Origin: Glaucostegus cemiculus
Taxonomy: Eukaryota
Assembly: GCA_976551045.1 (NCBI GenBank)
Contig: CDPCPM010000104.1
Coordinates: 1,736,001-1,800,000, forward strand
Length of the DNA: 64,000 nt
Direction: 5' to 3'
Below are positions 23,782 to 36,000 of the stretch, in pieces. Below the pieces are notes generated by a model, which was given only the letters and a program-made list of their open reading frames with translations, was not told where the DNA came from and did no database searches. Within the stretch, counting starts at the first letter, position 1, and the number at the start of each line of letters is the position of its first letter. The translations under genes were made by a program, and so were the position numbers.

Positions 23782-24053
23782 ATATATCTTTATTAGTCAC
23801 ATGTACATCGAAACACAGAGTGAAATACATCTTTTGCATAGATTGTGCTGGGGGCAGCCCACAAGTGTCGCCGCGCTTCCGGCGCCAACATAGCATGCCC
23901 ACAATTTCCTAACCCGTACATCCTTGGAATGTGGGAGGAAACCGGAGCACCCAGAGGAAACCCATGCAGACATGGGGAGAACGTATAAACTCCTTACAGA
24001 GAGGGGCCAGAATTGAACACGGGTCACTGGCGCTGTAATAGCGTTACGCTAAA
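23782..24053 (-). mobile_element. Near full-length, young V-domain tRNA-SINE with Rex1-type tail
   Basis: Minus strand: ttagcgtaacgctattacagcgccagtgacccgtgttcaattc (Pol III A/B-box-like head), V-domain gggtttcctctgggtgctccggtttcctcccaca, tail gatgtacatgtgactaataaaga; CpGs retained. Confidence 0.9.
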
Positions 24054-24194
24054 TTGCTTCACAAGTCTACCTTCACTGATTATAAGACATCAATACATGA
24101 TCCTCTGATACAGTTGTTGACATGGTTTGCTGCAACTGTCTTCAGTGGTCTGCAGCTCAACCAACCATAATTTGTAAAAAAAAAATCAAAATGA

Positions 24195-24554
24195 TTGTGT
24201 GGGGATTGTCACATCTCCTGCCAGACTCATCTGGGTAAAACCTACGATCCTTGGTCCCTGGCCTGCAGCCTTCCTGTCCTCCAAGGCAGTCAGAGGAAGC
24301 ATTGGTGCTGCCATATGGAGTGTGTCTTTAATGGCAAATGCCCTGCTTGGATCGGTGTGCAAAATATCGTAACATCAGAGAGGTTCTGCACTCATGAAGG
24401 AATAATTTCATGTACTTTGACTTTAGTGGAAAAACTGGCACCCCAGGCACTGGGATTTGCTTGTGTTGCTGGTTCCAATGACTATAGGCAGATCATTCAG
24501 ATTGTCCTGAACTGTGTAGCTCCTGTTTTAGTGCAATGTTCTGGACCAATATAA
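24195..24554 (+). pseudogene. Second probable Harbinger Myb/SANT-gene relic (open 119-codon frame)
   Basis: RFCTHEGIISCTLTLVEKLAPQALG aligns without gaps and in frame with 22471-22582. Confidence 0.4.
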
Positions 24555-24811
24555 ACATAATGCTGTTCCTAATATCTTTTCAGCTAATTTCAGGGACCCC
24601 AAATCAGCATTAGTGCACCAAAACAGGTGAAACCCCAACATTTAAACAAGCATTGTTCTGTACGATAACAAGCTGGTCAAAACAAAGACAGCATAGATTG
24701 AGAATAGGATGTTCCTGGCTGCTTTACATGTATGACATGAAGTAAGGAAAACCCTCCATTTACAAAGAGCATTTACTCCATTCCAGGTAGAAGTCCATCA
24801 GTTTAAGAGAC

Positions 24812-24925
24812 CCAAGAGACTGCAGATGCTGGGATCTGGAGCAACAAACAATCTGCTGGAGGAACTCAGCAGGTCAGGCAAATGCTGCTTGGCCCACTGA
24901 GTTCCTCCAGCTGATTGTTTGTTGC
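24812..24925. mobile_element. Penelope-derived inverted-repeat (fold-back) element
   Basis: ctgcagatgctgggatctggagcaac... head; arms 24841-24880 and 24886-24925 are reverse complements. Confidence 0.8.
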
Positions 24926-25094
24926 ACTATGAATTTAAGGCAGGACTGTAGGGAATAGATAAGAAACTGGATGAATTGTCGGAAAAGAAAGTTTGAGGTG
25001 TCATGTTTAAATGGGGAAGGACTGAAGAGCTGCCTCAAGATTCGTTTGTTGATAACACCCTGGGTGTGAAGTTACATCTATATCCTGAATTCAG

Positions 25095-25485
25095 AAACTC
25101 ATTATATTCAAGTTTGCACATGATACCAAACTAATGGGGACAGTGGAGATGGCAACAGGAGCTCAGAGATTACTAACGGAGACAGAAAATATTAAAATTT
25201 AGGCAGAACAGTGAGGAATGAAATCTATGCAAGAATTTTATACACTAAAGAGGCTGTTGTGTCTATAGATAACTCAGCAATTAAGAACAAGGCATCCACT
25301 TTCAATACATAATAAATGTTTCACAGAAGGTAAAAATAACTGGACACTAAGCAATGGTGAGAGAAGAATAAGAGATAATAAAAAAAGCTGTGATCAAAAT
25401 GTTCTGATAAATTTTCCAGAAGAGAGGCTGCTAGGATGGAATGGACATGTTGAGCCAAGTGGCCTCTTTCTGTAATTTTAGGATT
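25095..25485 (+). mobile_element. Heavily deleted CR1 LINE remnant
   Basis: aagtttgcacatgataccaaactaatgggga = KFAHDTKL (RT motif KFADDTKL); ends with CR1 tail gttgagccaagtggcctctttctg. Confidence 0.65.
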
Positions 25486-26879
25486 CAAAAGATGCCAAAG
25501 TCACTGTGGAAAAATGGTTGACAAGGACATTCTAAACTCAGTGGGCAGGATAAAACATGACAAGGAGGGATTTGGTGAAGAAGTGATTTGAGAGAGAGGC
25601 ATGGAGGTGCATGACCATGATGTGTTAGGAAGAAGAAAATATTATGCTGTCCTAATCAAAAAAATCATACCATGTTGTAAATGGCTCTATGATTTCTTTT
25701 ACTTTCACTAGTTTATTCCAAAACTTTAGTCCATATTTCATACTCTTTCTGTGATGAAGTGTTTACTGACATAAGTCTTAAATTTATATTTAATAGGTTG
25801 ACAGAAGCTTAAAATCATTTTGTCTACTGTGTGAAGAAAGGTTCTAAATTTACCTTTTCTATCCCAGTTGCTCTTATACATATCTCTCTCTATTAGCTTA
25901 GATAACTCATTTTAAAAAGCCAGAAATGAAGAGTTTCTGCAGCTTTTTCTAATTACAGTCCTCTGATATTAGGGATCATGCCCAAACACCAAGTCTTTAA
26001 TATCTCCTTTGTGCTTAAGAGAAATATCTTAAAATGGTGCAGTTATTGGACAGTGTAACTTGAATTTACCATTTGATATTTGAGGACATGACAATTGTGG
26101 GAAGAACTGTGACTACCGATACTGTGTTGTCTGTTTTTCCCTTAAATAAGACCACACATGTGAGAATGTGAGTAAAAAAAAGCTACACATTGTTTATTAA
26201 TTATTTTGTCTCAGCATCTTAAAATGTTCTTGCTTCTTTCATCTTTAAAAATATTTCGTTAAGATTTCAGCAAATGGAGTTCAAAGAAGAAACAAAATTC
26301 CATGCCATTCAAATTATTTGATTTGTCTGTGTTTCATCCAAAGATTCAGCTGAATTTTTGCTATTCTGATTTTATTAATTTGCACTGAGCAGCTGATTAT
26401 TGGCTAGGGACAGGCTACACTCTCTGTTTCATGCCTTTTCCTTCCCCCTTGACCACTGCACCTTATGCGCTGTGTGCCTAACTGCATAATTATCGGAGCA
26501 GAAATCCTTTCCCTCTTCAATGCAAAACAATAGGGTCAAGCACACCTCAGTGATCAGTCATGAGGTTCAAAATGGTCATTTCACCTCAGCACAATATATC
26601 TCCTCAGAATATTTTTCTCTAGTTTTTTTTTAACTAAATCGTTCCTTCCAATCCCACTTTAATGTTCAATATTTTATCATTACTTTAGCCTTGGCAATGG
26701 TAAAATGTTAGATATGTGGATGATGGTCACTACCCTTTTTACTCAAGCCCTTTAAGGATTTGTAAAATTCATTTAACTGCCTCACCACAAGCAAAAATGA
26801 TGAGAGTCTTTTTCAGGTACAAATTTCATGCCATATGTCAGTGGTAATGAGTCTGATTCTGATCCTTGGTCTGATATTT

Positions 26880-27182
26880 AGGGTGGTATTGTGGCATAGC
26901 TAGTGGAGCCACTGCTTCACAGTGCCAGAGACCTGCGCACAATCCTGACCGTGGCTGCTGTGCGAGTAGAGTTTGCACATTCTCCATTTCCTCTGGGTGC
27001 TCCAGATTCCTTCCACAGGTTAATTAACGTCTGTAAAATCGCCCCTAATGTGTGGGTGAGTGGTACAATCTAAGGGAGCTGATGAGAATGTGGGGAGAAT
27101 AAAAAGTGGGATTAATGGTTGATGGTTGGTGAGGACTTGGTGAGCTGAAGGGCCTGCTTCAACGCTGTATCTTTCTGTGATA
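26880..27182 (+). mobile_element. tRNA-derived V-SINE (HE1-like) with CR1-type tail
   Basis: Head gtggcatagctagtggagcc...agagacctgcgcacaatcctgacc, V-domain remnant ttcctctgggtgctccagattccttccac, tail gagctgaagggcctgcttcaacgctgtatct. Confidence 0.85.
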
Positions 27183-30100
27183 TTCACAAACATCAAATTA
27201 TATCCCCATCCTTCAACTATTTTATTAACTAATGACATATTACCAAACAAAATTCAAATTATGTCACTTGATGCTGCTCCTAAGCTGTGGAAATACTACC
27301 ACAACCAGGGGCAAGGTGGTAAATTGTGTTGCTTATTCTTCATTGTACCCCTCCCCTCACTTTCCATTCTCCACATCCATTTAAATTGGAAATATTAAAG
27401 AATACTTTTGGACTGTATTAGATCAAGAAAGTCTGAGTGTTGATGCAATAGTAAATCAAATTGTTCTCCCATTATGTCATTTGTATGCGAATCAGAACAG
27501 GTTGGTTTAATGTTGCTGTTTTGCTGTCATATGCAGAATGAAACATTTCAAACTAACCTAATTCATTCACAGAAAAAAATTCTGCAGGCAACGAAACATG
27601 AATGAGATGCTATCATTTTACTGTTCATTACTGGTTGGCAAACCCATCAAATTTCTCTCATCTGCACAACACTTAAAGAAAAATCTGGTAACAAGGATGT
27701 TGATATGTTTCCAGTTTTAGGCATGGGAACCCCAGCTGACCAATCTGCATTCCAGTTGCCCTGCGATTTCTCCAGACTGACCAAGTGTAGCCAAATTGGA
27801 AAGCCTTCATTTTCCAGCTCCATCATCCCTTACCTTGCTGAGTATCCAAATAATCAAAAGAAGTTTCAAATGGTTTTATTTTTAAATGCTTAGCATACTG
27901 AAGCTTGAATTCTCCCCCAAACTGATAGAAAAAATTGAATTTTAATTTAAAAGTTTTTTTTTCAATTTACCATGCAAATCTATTTGCAACTTTTCACCAG
28001 TTATATAGCTGGTGGATACCAATGCAAAATGCAGCAGATATTCTCCCATGTTATTCTTAAAAAGAGATACTGGAAATAAATCTTCACATTCTCACAAAAG
28101 AGCAGCCATTTCACATTCATTTAGTGATACTATTAATATTACAAAAACACTTAAAAAGCTATTCCATAGCCTTCTGATCTGGCTCAATTGAGGTTTATAC
28201 ACTGAGGAAAACTACAGTCTGCACCTGGGCACAGAGCAAGAAAGCTTCACTGTCAAGGCTGTCATTTTGAAAAATTTGTGTTGATCAAGTTGTTAGTATC
28301 AAATCCACTAGAGAAAATGTAACTTCAACCTTAGCCTGTGCTGCCCTACCAGGCTTGGCAGCTTTTTGTTTAGCTTAAGGTTGACTAAGCAGAACTCGAA
28401 CATACTTATTCTAGTGGCTTCTTCTCAATGCACGCAAACAATCATTTTATTTCGAAAGCTCCACAAGAGCTTGCTCCCTAGTTTCTTTAATTTCAAGACA
28501 TTATGCCTCACTGCACAGAATGTTGCTAATTTGCAATCCCTTCTGAGGCGCTTATTCAATTAAATTTTTGATAAAGATGAATTGCTTGCAATCTTTATGC
28601 TGTCTTTTCATATGGGATAGGAGGCCACTATAAATTGGAGGAACATGACATTTTCTCCAGATAGCTTATGGAGTGTTACTGTGTCCTCATGGGGAGCAGT
28701 TGGTTTGAAAGATTGTCAAAGAACTAGAGCTACCACTTCCAAAATGCTGTTAGACTATTTTGTTCTCAACCAATGCAATATGTGCACAATTAGAATCTAC
28801 CGGGTTGTTTCTGAATACTCTCCATCATGACTGATGATAAAGTAATAGCCTTTTGTGTTTCTAGGTATATTCTTACAAGCTATATTACTATTCAGCTGAT
28901 AGTATTGCTTGATTAATCCATATCATTACTATTTTAACAGAAGCATTTCTAATTAAAATAAGTAGAATAATTTCCATTTTAAAATAACATAAGAATGTTA
29001 CACCAGCACTTTGAGCATTCATCTGCTAATAATGACAGCCACGCTAAATTAACAACTCCAAAGGCACAGAAAGGTATAAGAAATTCACAAAGATATAGAT
29101 CTTTTTGGGTAGCTGAGCCAACAGGTGGCTGATACAGTTCAAAGTGGAGAAGTAAACAAAAATTCATGCAGCACTAAGGGCTCAAGGGAAAGTATGAATC
29201 AATCCTGTATGAATACATTGATAGAGTCATTAGGAAAATATTTATCTGTAGGAAAATAAAAGGACAAATTGGAGTGTTGTAAAATCAGTAAGAAGACAGA
29301 CCAGCCAAAAACATTGCATTGTTGCTACATAAGGCAATGCCTACACTCTATAATTAGTGTATTTGTGGATAGTTTGAATCAGCTAATTACAAGGATATTG
29401 CAGCCTCGAGCTGGTAAAAGGGAAGGACATGCCTCATGTTAAATGCTAGGAAATTAATGATGATGAGCTACTTTGTTGTGAAGATATAATTATAGTATTG
29501 TTGGACCAGTATCTAAAGGTTAGCACCAGCAATTATGGATTTTTCCAGTCAATTGTTGTAAATTCCATGCGATCCCTATTTTCCAAAGAGCACTTGAGTT
29601 TCTGCTGGTATTGAAATGCCTGGATGAGTCAGTATGAAATTGAGTTCAATTAATTGGATAATTTAGGGCCACGGGAGTTTACAGATTGATATAAACCTCA
29701 GTTGGTTTGAGAAAGGATGTGCCAACCCTACCAAGTCCGAGCCACACTTACTTCCACTATACTTGATGTGGTTCATTTAACTTTCCCTTTGAGGCGTACA
29801 AGTAAGATTTTCAGTTGTAAACTGACCCCCTAAAAGTTCAAGCTGATCCACCAACACCATCTGAACTGGGGATGAGTGGGAAATGTGGCTGTAGCAGTGT
29901 CAACAGCACTTTGAGAACATTTTTAAATGTTTGATTTTATTTTAAAGAGACTTTGTGGTTATCTGACAGGTGTCATCAAGATTACAAAGATAATTATCAA
30001 AGTTGTCCTCTTGTAAAGAATGTTGATTCCAGACTGGGTAAAAAACAATCAAATTAATAGGATTAATAAAGAAAATCGAGAGGAGGGCAATGCAAACTTG

Positions 30101-30519
30101 TGGAGCGGTTGGTCTGATGATGGCTGATGGATCTTTCATTTCGCAGGTGCAGGTTATGGTTTCTAATGCCAAAGTAAGAATGAGTGTCATTGAAAATACC
30201 AAAGGACAGTTGTCGACATATCTGAATCCTCATTGTTAAATCAACAAGCAGCTGTTGGTGTAATGAATGTCTGAGTTACAATGGAATTGTTCCATATGGC
30301 AGAATGACTCAAAGGCAGACACCAGCAGATTTGTGAGGTCATCCAAATTAGTTTTTCACTGTCATGCTCATAATTGTAATGAAAATAGTGCTGACAAAAA
30401 AAGTAATATTCACTTAAGCTAGAGGCCCATATCACAGCGCAAGACTCAAGAAGTTTAACATCAGCTTTGGGCTTGAGGGGACCACCAGATCACATGTCAC
30501 ACGCCACCCTTACTTGAAA

Positions 30520-30695
30520 ATATATTGCAATTCTTTCCTTGCAGGTGAACAGAAGTCCTGAAATTCTCATCGTTCTAGTGGGGGTGGTAACTTCACCACA
30601 TGGGCTACCATAACCACCCTATCAAAGGCAGTTGGAGATGAACAATAAATGTGGCCCTTCCCAGTATCATTCTCCTCCCGTAAATTAATAAAACA
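30520..30695 (+). mobile_element. Old LINE 3' terminus (same family as 57975-58135)
   Basis: aagtcctgaaattctc...accaccctatcaaaggcagttggagatgaacaataaatgtggccctt. Confidence 0.55.
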
Positions 30696-30943
30696 TGGAC
30701 ACTAATTATTAAATATAATTGGTGAAATGCATGCTATATCAAAAACCTGAAGATAAATCTTCTCATATGCTCTCTAAAACTTGCTACTTCTGCCTGGCCC
30801 CTGAACCATTTAATGAAATACAGCTAATATTTCATCTGAAACTACAAATGCCCAATTGCTATTGTATTACAAAAATAACCATCAGCTTCCTGCTAATACC
30901 TCACTCTCCCTTTGCCACTAACCATGGATTGCAAGTGCTTATT

Positions 30944-31274
30944 GGGTATGGTGGTCAAAATACTGAATTAACAATCCAGAGATGTGGATACAAGTTCCAC
31001 ATTTCAGATGTGGAATTTAAATCCAGTTAATAATCGGCGACTTCAAGAAAGGAATTGGATTTAGGAATAATGACAACAATACTACCAGATTATTATAAAA
31101 CCATTTGGTTCGGTCATGCCCTTCAGATGAGGAAATTTACTGTCCTTACCCATTTTGGCCTACATGTGGCTCCAAAATCACAATGTGGTAGACCATGAAA
31201 TGTCCTTTGAAACAGCCTAAGAAGGCACTCAGTTCAAGGGAAATGCCAACATCCCAAAAGATAAAATAAGAAAA
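30944..31274 (+). mobile_element. tRNA-derived SINE with MetaSINE/SlmI-like central domain
   Basis: Central ccatttggttc...ggaaatttactgtccttacccattttggcctacatgtggctcca...aatgtgg...aaggcactcagttcaaggg; family name recalled from the literature, not checked. Confidence 0.65.
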
Positions 31275-31849
31275 CTCTTCCTAAGTCTCTGACAACCTTC
31301 CCTCCTCCTGTCACCCTGCTCAACTCTCCATTCTACTAATAGCACTCTCTTTCCACACAATGTAGGTTTACCCTATGGACCTTCCACCACTGTAACTTGG
31401 CATTTCTCCATGGTCCCATCCTCTATCCACACTTGGCCCGTGGAGTGCATTCACTCTTCATTGACTAACTCGATAAATAAATACCTAGCCCTGTGTTTCT
31501 TTTTAACAAATGGTTGACTTATGGGTTGGAAGGGAATGCCAATAAACAAAACTCAAAAAAGATCTAGATACATGATTAGGAAACCAGAAGCCATCCACTG
31601 TCAATGATCTAGACAGAAACAATTAGAATTTAGAAAACAGGTAAAGACAGATTAAGAAGTCTTTTTATTTCCCCAACTCCCACCTCCAGGCCAGTGTGAT
31701 GGAGAATGAATCAGTATTGGCAAAATCTAACCTTCTTGAATTATCCTAACACTACTCTTGGCACATCTGAAAAAATACCATGGAGCTCATTAACAGTCAG
31801 AAAAGGGTCAAAAGGCACCTTTGAACATGATATATATTTCTTTCTGTTT

Positions 31850-32082
31850 TTCTTCATGCCTGTGTTGTGAGTGTTGTTAAAAATGCCAGCATTTATTGAC
31901 CATCCATGATTCCATGTAGGAACAACACCCACATTGCAGGAGTAAATAGAATGGCACTGTGGTCTATCTAATGAAGGATGTTCCCACCAAACTGTTGGGC
32001 AAGGAGTTCCAGGATTTTGACACAGTAATTATGAAAACAAGAGCAATGTACCTCCATGCCAGGACTCCATGTATGACTTTGA
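31850..32082 (-). mobile_element. Old LINE 3' fragment (same family as 6555-6880)
   Basis: gccagcatttattgaccatcc...ctgttgggcaaggagttccaggattttgac. Confidence 0.7.
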
Positions 32083-32149
32083 AAGAAAGAAAAGAAAATT
32101 GGACACATATCACCTCAGGATGTACTCACAGCCAACAAAACAAATTAAG

Positions 32150-33020
32150 ATAAAAGCAGAGAATGCTGGATATGCTCAGCAGACCCGGTAGCACCTGTGC
32201 AGAGAGAAACACAGAGTTAATATTTCAGGCTGATGACCTATCAGCAATACTGAGTCATTGATCTGAAATATTATTGTTGTTTCTCTCTGCACACATGCTG
32301 CCTGACCTAGAACATAGTACACAGAACAGTACAGCACAAGAACAGGCCCTATGGCCCATGATGTTAGGCTGAACTAATTAAACTAGTAATTAAAAGCCTA
32401 CTTAATCTTCATATCCCTCCATATCCCTCCATTCTCGACACATCCATGTTCCCATCTAAGAACCTCTTAAATGCCTCTGTTGTATTCACTTCCATTACTA
32501 CCCCTGGCAGTGCATTCTAGGCACCCACCACTCTTTGTGTTAAAAAACTTGCCCTGCACATCTCCTTTGAATTTATCCGCTCTCACCTTAAGTGCATGCC
32601 CTCTGGTATTAGACATTTTCACCCTGGGAAAAAGATACAGGCTTCTATCAGGTCTCCCCTCAGCCTCTGCCACTTCAGAGAAAACAACCCAAGTTTACCC
32701 ATAGCACATGCCCTCTAATCCAGCCAGCATCTTGGTAAACATCCACTGCACCCTCTCTAAAGCTTCCACATCCTTCCTATAATGGGGCAAACAGAACTGA
32801 ATGCAATACTTCAGATGCAGCCTAACCTGAGTTTTATAAATCTGCCATATAACTTTGTGACTCTTGAACTCAGTGAACTCAAGCATGCCATATGCCTTCG
32901 TTACTACACTATCAACTTGTGCAGCCACTTTCAGGGCGAAAGACTCTGAAGACCTGTGGAGTATTTCCATCATTTTCTGTTTTGATTTGAGAGATCCAGC
33001 ATCAACAGTATTTCAGTTGT
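32150..33020. mobile_element. Penelope-derived fold-back element interrupted by CR1
   Basis: Left arm agagaatgctggatatgctcagc..agagagaaacacagagttaatatttcagg; right arm tctgaaatatt..tttctctctgcacacatgctgcctgacct, resuming at 32951 gacctgtggagtatttcc.. Confidence 0.8.
32309..32950 (-). mobile_element. CR1 LINE 3' fragment (ORF2 C-terminus)
   Basis: ORF track: LKVAAQVDSVVTKAYGML..YKTQVRLHLKYCIQF..PHYRKDVEALERVQ and TRGHALKVR..FKGDVQGKFF; CR1 tail. Confidence 0.92.
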
Positions 33021-36000
33021 TAATTAAATAAATTTTGAAGGCTCGTCACTGCTATAGTGCAGCCAATTTGCACACAGCAAGCATTCATAAACAAATATGA
33101 TGTTGACTAGACAGCCTGTTTTAATGGTGTTAATTGAGGGATAAACATTGACTTGGACGCTAAGGATAAATCCCTTGATTTTCTTCAAAATAACTTCTTG
33201 AGATTTCTCGCATTTCAGCAGTGGGGAGAGTGAAATAACACAGGCCTCATCAATTCAGTCTCTCCTACTGCACTTTCCCTCTTCCCAGTGAAGATTTGTT
33301 GCAGAAATTATGAGCAGATTATATCCTTCCTTAGATAAGGAGATGAAACTGTTCAGAGTGTGGTCTCCACAATTTAGGTGCAGCAAGATTTCCTTAATAC
33401 ATTATCCCCTAATTTTCTTTGCTCCATCAGAAACCACACAAGATAGATGTGCTTGTGTAATATTTGTTATTGGTTTAAATAATACTGCATCAATGCTCTG
33501 ATATACAGAATACAATGACATAGACCCATGCTTTCTTGGACGATATTAAAGATTAACAGTAAGGTGAGTAACACTGAGACTTCATGCAATGAGAAGAATC
33601 TGAGTCATACAAAAGCCAAAGCACCGAACCCTGGTAGGTTCAATGTTCACCTAAGTCATCTGGCTGTGGGAAATGTTTTGCAAGAGTCTCGCACACAGCG
33701 TTAAGTAGGTATGAATGAGCAACATGGTTCTCTACTGCCCCTAGATATCACAGGAGGACTGAGCAGCAGTATACTTCGCAGCATGGAGGAAATCAAGCAA
33801 TTAAAGAACAGGAAAAGCAGGCATCAACTTCATGGGGAGTCGTGACCCTCCATCCCAAGAAAGAAAGAATTACATTGATATTTTAACTGAGCTGAATTAT
33901 GATTCTTTCCGTTAATGCACATGAGAAATGTCTGTCACGCCAACTATACAGCAGACTTTCAGAGTTGCCAGACAAGATGCAACCTGTAAGTTATCTAACT
34001 GCTCCCTTTCTAACACTCTTGATTTTGTTTAATACTATGGTACTCCTTCAAGAAGATCAACTCTTTCAAGACGAAAGGACATGAATTGAGCTTTTATTCT
34101 CTAAACGTGAGGGATAAAGTTCAGGTTACATGTAGGATGACTAAATGAATGCCCAATTCACAGAATATTTATATACTGGTATTCAAGCATTACGTATATA
34201 AATATAAAACACTTCAATCTGTTTGTTTTAGAATTTTTAAAAGAAATTATGGTTGGTTAACAATGTAGTAATTGTATTTGGGTGCTATGTAAAGCCAATA
34301 AAATGGCCTAGTGACCTAGACGTTGAAAGGTTCAAATAACACTACCAGTGTGTTGGGGGGTTTGGATGGGTGGTAGGGTGAATGGGGAAAAGAAGGCAAG
34401 GAGAGCCAGAGAAGCCAGAGACACTAAAAATGCAATCCCTGGTTTAAATTGAATTTACTCTGGCAAAATGCACCCCAAAGCTAAATGGCATCAATCATTA
34501 TTGATCAGGACGTTTTGAGGGGAATAAGCATTGAATGATCTTTCTCAGGACCAGTAAATGGAAACTCTCAACAATGCACAGATCTTTAGCCTTTGGGGTA
34601 GTGTTTGAATTAGTTCTGGAACACTGCACATTGATGACCGTTGAGGGATAATTCAAGGAGGTCGTTTACTGTGTTCCTTTTTTCAGTGAGTTATCACTTG
34701 TCTGAGCAGCGCAAAGAGCCTCCACACCCAATGCATAAATTAGGTTTGCTCCACTACATTTCATACAGTTTGACAATTTTCGCCCTAAATCTTCTGTTAA
34801 AAGTCATTAAACGTTTAAAGTTTGGTTTAAATTATTGCTCTTCTACCTGATTGTAGTTCAAATCAAAAGAAAGTGCAACAACAATGAGAGGGCAGTGGTG
34901 CCACTCATGAGCAAACAGCGCTGAATGATTGGGTCGAGATTCTAGATTGCGCTGCTCACCTTCTACATTTGTATCACGCCTAACAGAACTTCAGAAAGAA
35001 AGAAGCTGTTCCTCAAGAACACACCTACTCATACAAATCCATCTGGTAGCACTTACTTCAAATGGAATTAGTCCTTTCCATGGAAACCACATGCAACTGG
35101 TTACGGTATCGAGAAAGAATTGATGTTCAGCAGAATCAGTTGCCTCTGATAATAGAAAGTTGACCCTGGAGCATTACATTAGTTATCTGGCCTGACACTT
35201 GGCAACAGATGAACAAGGAAATGTACTGGAGTTCACCTACAAAAACTTCCGGGCTATGGGCACCCTCTCACTATCCCAGGCTACCGCCCTTTACTTTCAT
35301 CTTTTAAGGTCTCTGTCAAGTTTATCCCTGCACTCGGGTCTGGTTACATTCAGCCATAAGTATACAGTTTGTAAAAGTTGTATCATTTTGTAAAAGGTGA
35401 CACAATAAAGAATAATCATCTCCATGTTCCACAAGCCAATACATCTGAATCTTCAAGAGTCAGTAGGCTGGGCACAAACTGTTGGCAATGAACTTCATAT
35501 GATTGAGATACTTATGCTTTTTAAACAGAAACCCAATGTTACTCAAAATATTATTTTTGTTCACCTAATATTGCCATAGCCAACTGGATAATTTTCATTT
35601 TGAAAACATTGAAGAGTTGTAGTAACTCCAGACCATGAATCATCAGCTCTGGAGTTAACCACAAGCACAAAGGAGTGACATCATACCTTACTGACCTTGT
35701 AGTCCTGGAGGGCAAGAAAGAAAACCATTCCCCTTTTAAGCCCGTTCACTTTTGCTGGGAGCAGATCACATTTCAAATATTGGTGACTCCATCCTCAAAC
35801 TTAGATGGAGAATATTCAGATGTGCAGAAATTTCCATAGCTCTCCTTGGTACAAAGAGCATCATTTCCATGTGATACCTATCCAGTGTAGATTCCCTGCC
35901 TATTATATCAACTAACAATCAATATTTCTGCACCATAAGGAAAACAGCCAGGCAAGAACTCACCAGTTATCAACCTCCTTAATGTGCAGCCCTCTTGGGC

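Larger units (their letters stand above)
32083..33275 (-). mobile_element. DeuSINE-like SINE split by nested insertions
   Basis: Tail cacctcaggatgt..cacagccaa (32083-32148) resumes at about 33030 with ttttgaag..tcact..gcagccaatttgcacacagcaag..ttgagggataaacattg. Confidence 0.7.

Noticed and set aside
23990-24053. tRNA gene
   Set aside because: A/B-box-like head continues directly into a SINE V-domain; no cloverleaf or Pol III terminator
22471-24492. The direct repeat pair as LTRs
   Set aside because: No TG..CA ends, PBS or PPT; the interior is a DDE transposase relic, not gag-pol
30944-31274. LF-SINE
   Set aside because: Central sequence does not match the LF-SINE consensus as I recall it; it fits the MetaSINE/SlmI-type domain better
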